Origin: Octopus sinensis
Lineage: Eukaryota
DNA: 64,000 nt
Assembly: GCF_006345805.1 (NCBI RefSeq)
Contig: NC_043001.1
Span: 33,728,001 to 33,792,000, forward strand
Direction of reading: 5' to 3'
Part shown: piece after piece, positions 54,301 through 64,000 of the stretch
Numbering within the stretch: the stretch's first letter is position 1
Layout: every line of letters starts with the position of its first letter
Program-made: the position numbers and the translations under genes
Notes under the pieces: generated by a model
What the model saw: the letters and a program-made list of their open reading frames with translations, nothing else
Databases searched by the model: none
What the model was told of the DNA's origin: nothing

Positions 54301-54868
54301 ACTGCAAAGCATTTACTCCAGTACTCCAATGTTCTCTGTCATTTCCTACATCGGTTGGTAGCTGTCAGGATACTGCATCCTTCAAAATTTCCATGCTTCC
54401 TGAAATTCACTGCTATTTCTGACTTGCCTATGAACACTTTCCTCTTTGTGGCTCCTTTACTGTTCATTTTGCTGCCTCTCTGTCTTTTATTCTGTGTATT
54501 GTGCATGTAATTCTAGCTCTCATTGCCATCTTTCTTCAACTGACTTAAGGCTGCTTTCCATCCCCTTCGTTAACAAGTTGTAGTGCTTTTTATTAATTAA
54601 TTCAGTACAAATAATGAGACCAAAGGATCTGTTCAATGTTACAAAACAGATTTTTCAATGGAAATGCCATATACCAGACAATTAGATATTTTAATATCTG
54701 GGCCTGATGCAGCCTTCTGGCTTCACAGACCCCAGTTGAACCATCCAACCCATGCTAGCATGGAAAGCGGACGCTAAATGATGATGATGATGATGATGAT
54801 TATATAGAAAAATAACTTCAGCACAAAAATATTAGAGTGAAGATTTTCAATATGCACAAAATATTTAC
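51350..54868 (-). other. GRAMD1B: GT-AG intron (3,519 bp) between the two GRAMD1 exons
   Basis: Canonical ends; splicing gives continuous ...NALMDQ|PMTPQEQW..., colinear with vertebrate ...NALLEK PLCPKELW... Confidence 0.9.
53489..53843 (-). mobile_element. SINE family A, full length
   Basis: Reverse complement of 20306-20718, CpGs retained. Confidence 0.9.
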
Positions 54869-55045
54869 CTGATCCATCAGGGCATTTTGCCAAATCCTGA
54901 ACAACATCATAAAAGTTTTGTCTCGAGTCCCAAACGAGGTGAAAAAATATTTGTCTTTTTCTGTAGCAATTTGTATAGCATTTGGTATCACTCGGGCAGT
55001 TTTCTCTTTGGTAATAGCACATATTTCCTTGCATGGAATAGTTAA
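54869..55045 (-). CDS. GRAMD1B: GRAMD1/Aster-family coding exon, C-terminal half of the GRAM domain (LTIPCKEICAITKEKTARVIPNAIQIATEKDKYFFTSFGTRDKTFMMLFRIWQNALMDQ)
   Basis: 177 nt = 59 codons, phase 0/0. Acceptor tttgtttatttcAG, donor CAG|GTAAAT. Translation matches the recalled GRAMD1 GRAM motif TKEKTARLIPNAIQ...HFFTSFGARDRTYMMMFRLWQNAL. Paralogue letter is nominal (invertebrate co-orthologue of GRAMD1A/B/C). Confidence 0.95.
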
Positions 55046-55605
55046 CTGAAATAAACAAAAGCATGCAGTATAAATCATATGCAACTCAATAAGCTAATTG
55101 TGTATTTATGGTTCTAAGTTCTAATGTAAAATAACATGTGTCTCTTTCCAATCTAAAATTCAAAAATCATTAGCTCTAAATTCTGTGTCATTCCATTTAG
55201 TATCCACATTCAGAGGTTAGCTGCAACACCAATTTGTTTGCTCAAATTATGGATGGCCAAATGAGAGCAAGCAAAAACTGCTTTTCCAACATTTTAAAGT
55301 CTACTTTTCTCATGTCTCTGATCAAGGTTGGTTAGATTTGAACAGAATAAAACATTTTGATTAAAAAAAAAAGAAAAAGAGTCAAGTCAACTGGTGGTGT
55401 CATATATATATATATATATATATATATAAGGAGTTTGGTGTTAGGAAATGCATCAGCTGTAGAAACCCGGCCAAAACAGTGAAAACCTAGAGCAGTCTTC
55501 TACCTAGCCAGCCCCTGTCAAACAGTCCAACCCATGCTAGCATGGAAAATGAACATAAATGCTGATGATGATGATGATAATGATAAGTATGTATGTTTAT
55601 GTATT

Positions 55606-55652
<47 letters not shown>

Positions 55653-55780
55653 TAGCTCCAACCCATGCTAGCATGGAAAACGGACGCTAAACGACGATGA
55701 TGATGATGATGATGATATATATATATATATGACAAGTTACAATGTTCTACGAACATGATGCATTTTAAGATTATGATGCA

Positions 55781-55830
55781 TTTTAAGATTATGAAGCCAC
55801 ATTTGAAAATGTAGTTTCATAATCTTAAAA
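55781..55830. repeat. 50-bp hairpin (24-bp stem, 22 Watson-Crick pairs, 2-nt loop) overlapping an 18-bp tandem duplication at 55755-55790
   Basis: ttttaagattatgaagccacattt-ga-aaatgtagtttcataatcttaaaa. Confidence 0.9.
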
Positions 55831-56189
55831 AGAGTTAATAGATTGTGTGGATTATCTCAACTAGGGTAGTTATCCTGTTTAATTGTCATCAATCATCAAT
55901 ACAGATTATCTAAGCAGATAATATTAGGTAATATGCAAAATAGCTCTATTAATCTGTGACAGATATAGCAACAGTTAAAAGCATTAAGATGAGTCAATAC
56001 TTCTATAGTTAAAAAGAACATGTTATCTCTGATGATATATACAGAAACACCAGTATCAAAAGAAAAAAGAAGACAAAATGAAAAGGAATATGCAATAATA
56101 AAGGAAAGTTACAATAATCTCAAGATACAGTATCAGCTTAAGAAAAAGTTAAAAAGAATAACTGCAAAGTTAGTACAAAACGTTACAGT

Positions 56190-56765
56190 GGTTTAGCTCT
56201 AACTCAGTTTTAACACGACAGAACTATAATCAAAAGCATTCCAGCTGTGACCAACCCACCTTTTTGAGGGCATGGTATATCCTTGAATAAATTAGCCAAC
56301 GCATCATTCATTTTTAGAGACAGGGCATGATTTATGGAAGATTTGGCTACTATTTCTAGCAAATCAAGTGGTCATAGAGAGGATCTTACGCTGATTCAAG
56401 AGCAAGATTAAGTAGTATAGATAGGATTTCTATTAGAACATTCATTTTTGACACTATATTTCTGGTAAGAAACCTGCAAGTTCTTAGCAAAAAACAAAGA
56501 TTCAACACACAGCAGTCATTGAGCAATAAAACTGCTGGGTACTGTGGAATGACTCATGATAATAAATCAGATAGTTGTGTTTTTGCTGTGGATCATCTCT
56601 AACTGAGCAGACCTATAATCAAAGGCATACAAGCAATGATCATTGTCTTTTATTCAAACGTAGTAGACCTAGGACTTGTTTATCTAATAAAGTTTTAAGA
56701 TGGTGAGGCAGAATCTGAGGGAGATGAGGCTGCTATTTCTAACAGATCAACCAACATTATGTAGA
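56190..56765 (+). repeat. Two tandem copies of a ~200-bp dispersed repeat (family D)
   Basis: Shared ...agacctataatcaaaggcat... and gatttggctactatttctagc / gaggctgctatttctaacag; other fragments near 3205-3300, 27780-27870, 49530-49570 and 50160-50330 (reverse). Confidence 0.6.
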
Positions 56766-57590
56766 ATGATAATTAAAACACGCTGATAAGCAGAGTCCAA
56801 GTGAATGACTATCAGAGTTATGTCCACAGCCCTTTTCTTTTGCCATTATCATGAAAGTAATGACATAGTAATGACACAGATCAGGCCTGGATATTCTTGG
56901 GAAGTTCTGTAGGCTGATGACTGGCTTTCATGGCATAACATCATGAAGAATTATGGAAAATTTTGAAACTAGGAAGACTGGTCAAAAATCAAACAACAAT
57001 AAAAAACCTCGAAAATTCAATATAGTGAAGATTAAATTGCTTGTCATTAACAGTGGAAACAAAAGCTAAGAAAACTGGTTTTGCTCAATACAATGAAAAC
57101 TTGAAGTATATTTCTCAATACTTTCACTAAGATATCTTAGCTTGAATTTAACTTTCAATTACAAACAGTTGAAAAAAAATTCAATACCAAATTTTATTTT
57201 TACTGTATACAATATTTCCATATTTGCAGTTTTGAATAACGAGGATATTACCACAGATTGTAGAAAATATAAAAACAACAAATTGCTAACAAGCCAGAGC
57301 AATAAAATGCTATTTATTATCTGTAATGTAATAAACTGCTGATATGAGATACATCAAACTATTTCTGTATTAATGAGCACAAATGCATTGCATTGCTAAA
57401 ATATTAATAACCTGCTAACATGTCAACTTCAGAATACAATTATTAATGTTTAAATCAGTCTAGCTGGTAACTTTAAGGGAAATGTCTATTGGGAGAATGA
57501 AAAGATTCATTGATTTTTTATATTTTCACAAACCCATAACTATACAGGACACTTAGTTTCATAAATATATGAATATCATTTTCTCTCTCC

Positions 57591-57640
<50 letters not shown>

Positions 57641-57653
57641 ATATATATGTATA

Positions 57654-57875
57654 TGTAAATGTGTGATGGGTAGGTCAATTTCAGTATGTCTCCATTTGTG
57701 AGGTCCTTTGTCGTCTCCTGTGCCCTCACTACTTCTACTCATATCTTTTTCCAGTTGTATTCCACAAGCTCCTTTTACCAGCAGAATATGGCACTCTTTC
57801 ACCCAACAATCGTTCTTCTCACACACCAAATATCTTTGCCATCACAGAACACTACAACTACACCAAATAATTCAG
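57654..57875 (-). mobile_element. RTE ORF2 3' fragment, local duplicate of 58988-59209
   Basis: 222-bp near-identical direct repeat of the decayed RTE end. Confidence 0.85.
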
Positions 57876-58025
57876 TTATATATATATATCAGACTGGAGC
57901 CTGGTGCAGCCTCCTGGCTTTCCAGACCCCAGTCGAACCATCCAACCCATGCTAGCATGGAAAACGGATGTTAAACGATGATGATGATGATATATATATA
58001 CACACACACACACACATATATATAT

Positions 58026-58239
58026 TGTATCTGGGGAGAGTAATTTTCTTTAATACCTTATTAATTAACACACACACTGGTTCAGTTTCCACTCATTTAC
58101 TTATTTATTTTTCCTAAAATATCCAATGCGTCTTGCAACCTTTTCAATAGTCATTGACTCTGTCCATTATCCAAGCTGCATTCTTTTTGTTTGTGTACAT
58201 GTGTTTGAGTTAGTATACGTGTGCATACACATATGTAAG

Positions 58240-58282
<43 letters not shown>

Positions 58283-58740
58283 ATGTGTGTATGCATATCT
58301 ATATATGCGTGTATGTATATATTCTGCAAATTCATGTGTTTGTGTGTTTGCATATGTGTGTGTGACACACACACACACATTCAGACATGCACACACAAAG
58401 AGACAGAGGTACACACACACGCGCAAACAAAAACACAAACACATGAATATGCAGAATACATACATACAAACGTAAACGCATGCATACATATATATATATA
58501 TATGCATACACATACACATACATGCATACAAACATACGTGTATGCGCATGCACACTGACCTACACACATGCATACAAACATACAAAAATTACAGCTCAGA
58601 TAATGGACAGAGTGAATGACTACTGAAAAAGTTGCAAGATGCAAAGAAAATTTTAGAAAAATAAATAAACGAGTGGAAACTGAACAGGTGAGTGTGTTAA
58701 ATAATAAGGCACTAAAAAAGAATGACTGTCCCCAGACACA
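58026..58740. mobile_element. Foldback/MITE element with ~175-bp inverted arms and a microsatellite core
   Basis: Left arm tgtatctggggagag...ttgcaaccttttcaatagtcattgactctgtccattatc is the reverse complement of the right arm gataatggacagagtgaatgactactgaaaaagttgcaag...ccccagacaca. Confidence 0.85.
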
Positions 58741-58987
58741 ACAAAATAAGCTTCAACACACGAATCCACATAAAGAATCTTGCAAACCAAATTCAAAAAT
58801 GAATATATATATATATGATGTCCACACACAGTAGTGTGTGTGTGTATGTACCATCATTGTAATAATAATAGTTTTAAATTTAGTTCAAGGCCACTAACTT
58901 TAGAGGAAAGGGTAAGTTGATTACAGCAACCCCAATACTCAGTTGGTAATTATAATAATAATAAAAATTGTTGTTTGTGTTACTTCC

Positions 58988-60400
58988 TGTAAATGTGTGA
59001 TGGGTAAGTCAATTTCAGTATGTCCCCATTTGTGAGGTCCTTTGTCATCTCCTGTGCCCTCACCACTTCTACTCATGTCTTTTTCCAGTCTTCTTCCACA
59101 AGCTCCTTTCACCAGCAGCATATGGCACTCTTTCACCCAACAATCGTTCTTCACACACACCAAATATCTTTGCCATCACAGAACACTACAACTACAGCAA
59201 ATAATTCAGATAACCAACTTTTCTCTCAGCACACTTGTACTCTAAACATTTCAACCCGTTGACATTTGTACATCTAGAGGAGTGCGCTTACCTCATTTCT
59301 TCACATATCCCATGAGTTTTGTTAGCATGCAATACAATATGGCAAACACAAGCATTATACAGTCTGTCCCTCATTCAGAGACAGAAGCCTTTTGTTATGA
59401 ACAAAGGTCCATAGTACCCAGAACTTTCTCAATCCAACCTAACTCTAGATACTATGTTTTCACTGTATCTACTCCAATACTGATTAGATCACCTATATAA
59501 CAGAAGGTATCAGCTACTTCTAATAAACCTTTGTGTTATTGAGATGTTAGAATTCTTGGGTGCTTTTATTGCTAGTTACCCTCCTAAATCTTTTACATAT
59601 GAAATCCTTCTTTATCAACTTGCCTGAAATCCCACTATGGTTTTTGTGCACTCGTTTGCATCAGGTAAGCAGAATGGAGTCCCTACTTAGTCCCTTTTTG
59701 CATATAGATCATAACCACTTCCCAGTTGGTAGTAGTGTTCTGTTTCCTTGGCTGCAAACTAAAACATTCATTTCTGCCAACCTGTTTTAGGCCTCTTGAT
59801 TTTAGGCCATGCTTCCACGTCAGTAACTATATCTCTAATCCTTCAACTTGTTCAGTTATCAGGACAAGATTGTCAGCATGAAGGAGTTCCCATAGACAAC
59901 CAGTCTTTAGTTCCTGCTACAGCATACACAACAACAACACATATGAGGGAGTGGTAAGTCAGGCCCTAATGGACACCTTACTATTCGATAAATTCATTAT
60001 TAAGCTTTTAGCATTCATTCAGATTACTCCGTCAAATGTAATGCTTATTTATTCACGTTGTTTTGATTAATCATGCATTATCTTGTGGCTTCAAGATTTC
60101 AATATGACCATTTAGTTTTACAAAGACATTGTAGGGTAGGTATGACAGGCCAGATCTGGCCAGTTTGAACATAAAAAATTTGGGCCAGATATGACCAGTT
60201 TAAATGCTAAAAAGTTAAGCATCACTTTACAAACAGCAGCCCTGCACATGGCTTGCATGGCTCTCACATGCTGTCCCTGCATCCCTGGTTTGCATGGAAA
60301 CCTGTGAAAGGTCTTCTCTATGTCAACAAATATTAAGTGTAGTTGCCTGTTCTTTACTACAATCTATCTGGTTCTACCATTTATTGCACTAACATGAATG
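58988..60400 (-). mobile_element. Decayed RTE LINE (RT to ORF2 C-terminus), interrupted by a TTAA MITE
   Basis: Minus-strand remnants KNRQLHLIFVDIEKTFHR, WELLHADNLVLITE and ...CWVKECHMLLVKGACG; same family as 46064-47460. Confidence 0.8.
60004..60214. mobile_element. TTAA-flanked MITE inserted in the RTE LINE
   Basis: TTAA at 60000-60003 and 60215-60218; TIRs gcttttagcatt / aatgctaaaaag; RT remnants on both sides. Confidence 0.75.
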
Positions 60401-63400
60401 GTGGCAACCTTGACATTCTGTGTCTGAAAGGTAGAGAATTGTCGGGACTGTTTGATGATAGTTAGGCAGTTAGAAGGTAGTCATACCTAGCTAACTTACT
60501 GCCATGAGTAAATTTTAGTTTTCATTACACAGTTACAGTTTTAACAATTCTGTGATTATCATGGGATTTTTAGTTTTGCTTCTTTTTTTTTTTTAAGATG
60601 GATGCCTACCATTTTACAGAATAATTGACTGTATACATCGTGCCACCAGCACTAGAAAGGCTGTCTGCTAAGCAACTATATATGTACACACACAGAAAAA
60701 CACACACAATCTCACTGGCCTTTATTAATATTAAGTTGTATTATTTTATAGTCTTTGTGAAATATGTGGCAAATGAAATAAGCTAATTGCTAAATCAAAT
60801 TGTAACAGTTTCCATGTTCCCATACATTTTAACAGCAAAATGAGTATTCTCTTGATAGAAATGAGTAAAACAGTTCGTATGGATGAATGTCACATTATTT
60901 CATAATTTAATGAATATATGAAGCAAAACACAAAGCATTTTAATTTGCAAAATTGGAATTTATGAAAGTTGTTAACATTAGTAGCTAATATGTTGGTAAA
61001 TGAAGTGCCTGAAATAGGCAGAAGGTTAGAATAGAGTTAAGTATAATTGTTAAACTTTTAATATAAGAAGGGAGTGATTAAGATCTCATAATTACTGCAT
61101 CATGGTTTCTGATTTAGGCCCAGGACCAAGAATTTCAAGTGAGTGGGGGTTATCAATCCCCAAAAGATGAAAAGCAAACTTAACCTCATCAAAATTTGTT
61201 CACAGAATATAAAGAGACAGAACAACATTTTTTCCAATGCTCTAATGATTGTCAATCCCCCATTTTTGGTGATGCTGGTTGATTGGCACTCCAACAATTT
61301 TGAGAGATTATTATTTTTTTTTTGTTTGACAATTATTACTGTTCTGTCCATTAAGTTTCAAATAAAAAAAATTTATTATCAGCTGCCAGTCCAGTTAGTA
61401 ATTCTAAAAGTACTACCTATGAATAGTTCTACAAATTCCATACTGTCAATAGTTCTAGGATGCCATACTTGGACACATTCTCGACAATGTATCCAAGAGT
61501 CAGTTTTGTGAATTAATCAAAGAATAGGGGCAGTTCTCATGAGCTTCTCAAGACTTTCAAAATTGACAAGATCAATGTGGTGAAAACTGCACAGAACAAT
61601 TGTTTTTACACCTGGATTGTTTTTACAGTTGGATGTCTATTCTACTGTTAACCTCTCAAACAGAAAGTAAGTGTGAAGAGCAAACAGAATCATGCATTTT
61701 CTCTAGAGTCCCAAACTCAGTTGTGATATAAGGGTTTGAATACACAACTATGCAAGGTGTCGTCTACATTTCAACTTACAACTAAGTGCTTCTAATCATA
61801 TCCAAATACTATACTGTGAGGAAATGTAGTAAACAACAATCTTTAGGATATTAGAATTTCAGACTATATACTAATACTTCTTTCTAATTTTTGGCACAAG
61901 GCCAGCAATGTTGAGGAAAGGGGAAGTTAATTATATCAACCCTATGCTCAACTGGTGCTTATTTTATCAATCCCTTAAAAGACAAACGGTAAAGTCGACC
62001 TTGGCAGCATTTAAATACAGAATGTAAAGTACCGAAAGAAATGTTACAAAGCATTTTATCTGATGCACTAGAAATGTATTCATATGTCATGTATAATTTC
62101 AGTTGAACAAACTGTAACAGATCCTCCCAAAAATAAAAAGCAATTCCAATATAACATTTGTTCCCATATTTAAATGGTTTCTTAAAAAATATGTTCAGAA
62201 AACAGTGTGTACATTTGCGTTTTCTTTCCAGTTTAGGCTAAAGATAAAATTGTTCTAAATATTTTGTCATTGCATAGATGTAGATGGTTAACTTTTAAAT
62301 ATATAATTCTCCATCCATTTCAGTAGATTCTATACACAAGAGATTGTTACAACAATGGATATGTTATTTAGAAAATCACAAGAATTAGCTTTTAAGACAA
62401 ACATTTTGTAGTAAAATAGAAAGGAAAATGATGTTAGGAGATATCATTAGAGAAGAGAAATTGAAAACTAAATTGAATGGAATGTAATAAAATCTCTGAA
62501 AATTTATTTTTCAAAATTTGACATAGAATGATGGCAGAAAACCAGAAATTAATTATAAAATGGCAACAACTTATTTTCCTTTCAGAAATTTGTTTGCATA
62601 TTTTTCTTTCTTTGACAGACAATCAAATGAGAACTAGTATAGTTGCATTAAAGTGAACATACAGGAGCAGGTATGGCCATATGTTTATGATCGCTAACAA
62701 ACATAAGGTTCTAGGTTCGATCTAACTGCAAAAGACCTTGGACAAGGGCCTTCTTACATTAGCCTTGTGAGCAAAGTTTTGTGAATGAAATCTGATAGAA
62801 ATTTCACAGAATTTTATTGGATATATGTATGTATGTTTGTAACTGGATGGATGCCAGAATTGATTGTGTCAAGCAATGCACCTAGTGGCATTTAATTACA
62901 TCCCTGCCCAGATTAACTTTGCTTTTCCTCTTTCCAAGATCAATAAAATTAGAACTAAACAAAATACTAGAATCAATGCAAAAAAAAAACTAACCCTTTC
63001 AATGTGGTTTCCTAGTATTCCTTTATATTGTATGTTTGTTTTTCTATGCTAATAATGAATTAGACAAACGTATTATTGATGTGTTGTTTTACAGCTGAAT
63101 GCTTTTCCTGTCATTAATCCTTACTTGTTTTTCAAGGGAGGACCTCTTATTTCGCACACTGTCAAAGACACAAAGTCAGTGGATTACTTTAATGACAGCA
63201 CCACTAGGTCCAAGATATGCAAATGTAAAGAAACACACACACATACACTCACTTTATCATTATTATCATTGTTTTGATGTTCACTTGCATGGGTCAGACA
63301 AATTTCATTGAAGAAAATTTTCTACAGCTGGATGCCCTTCCCGTTGCTAACCCTCACTTATTCCCCAATGGCTGGAAATATTTTCATGGAAGATTGGAAA

Positions 63401-64000
63401 CGAGGGATTCCACTTGTGTAATGATAACACTCATTTATAACTATCTTGTGATGCCAAGACAAGCAGACACATGCACACACAGATATATGAATGACAAGCT
63501 TCTTTCTGTTTCCACCTACTAAATCTACTCACACGGCTTTGTTCATCCTAGAACTATAATAGTAGACATTTGCCCAAGGTGCCATGCAGTGGGTCTGAAC
63601 CTGAAAGCAGGTGGTAGTGAAGCAAACCACTTGAATTGACATCAAGAATGAAAACAAAGAATACGTTACAAACAATAAGAATTAGTACCAAGGTTTATGA
63701 TATTCCACATGACATGTTTAATGGCTCTTATTTTGTTAAAACTGAAGTAAACCATCACAAGCAAGAACCATTAATATTGTAATTGCACACGTCATCCATA
63801 ATCTTATGATTTACTGAATTAAATGCAGCAGATGGATCAGCTGTAAGCGATACAAGCAGAGACCATCATATGCATCTTTGCACAACCAGGTGTAGGAGTG
63901 GCTATGTGGTAAGTGGCTTGCTTACCAACCATATGGTTCCGGGTTCAATCCCACTGCGTGACAGTGACACTGCGTGACAGTGAAACTGTCTAACCCATGA

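Noticed and set aside
60780-60880. Minus frame HFYQENTHFAVKMYGNMETV, spaced like the missing first GRAM exon (LYLSENWICFYSNIFRWETL)
   Set aside because: Only E-N and E-T match, the conserved W and F residues are absent and there are no proper splice sites. The real exon is probably beyond 64000.

Overview
AT-rich, microsatellite- and transposon-dense animal genomic DNA. The SINE/RTE repertoire points to a coleoid cephalopod, probably Octopus (inference from recalled repeat families, not a database hit). The window is almost entirely intronic sequence of a minus-strand GRAMD1/Aster-family gene. Two coding exons are secure: 55045-54869 (C-terminal half of the GRAM domain) and 51349-51194 (the following YGEELGLTSSDDDYVPP segment), joined in frame across a 3,519-bp GT-AG intron. 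I found neither the N-terminal GRAM exon nor any VASt (StART-like) or canonical TM exon in the window. Two unannotated exon candidates on the same strand are phase-compatible with those exons: (i) a putative terminal exon at 48588-48304 ending in a basic-flanked hydrophobic tail followed by AATAAA, and (ii) a putative alternative first coding (or cassette) exon at 35805-35719 in a CpG-retaining, promoter-like region. If both are real, the locus could yield separate GRAM-only and GRAM-less products; this is a hypothesis. The rest is decayed RTE, Penelope and I/Jockey-type LINEs, several SINE families (some with intact TSDs), piggyBac-, hAT- and mariner-type MITEs, foldback elements, a Helitron-like composite, two ~50-bp hairpins and long (AT)n/(GT)n tracts. 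Most ORFs in the supplied track are microsatellite or repeat artefacts.
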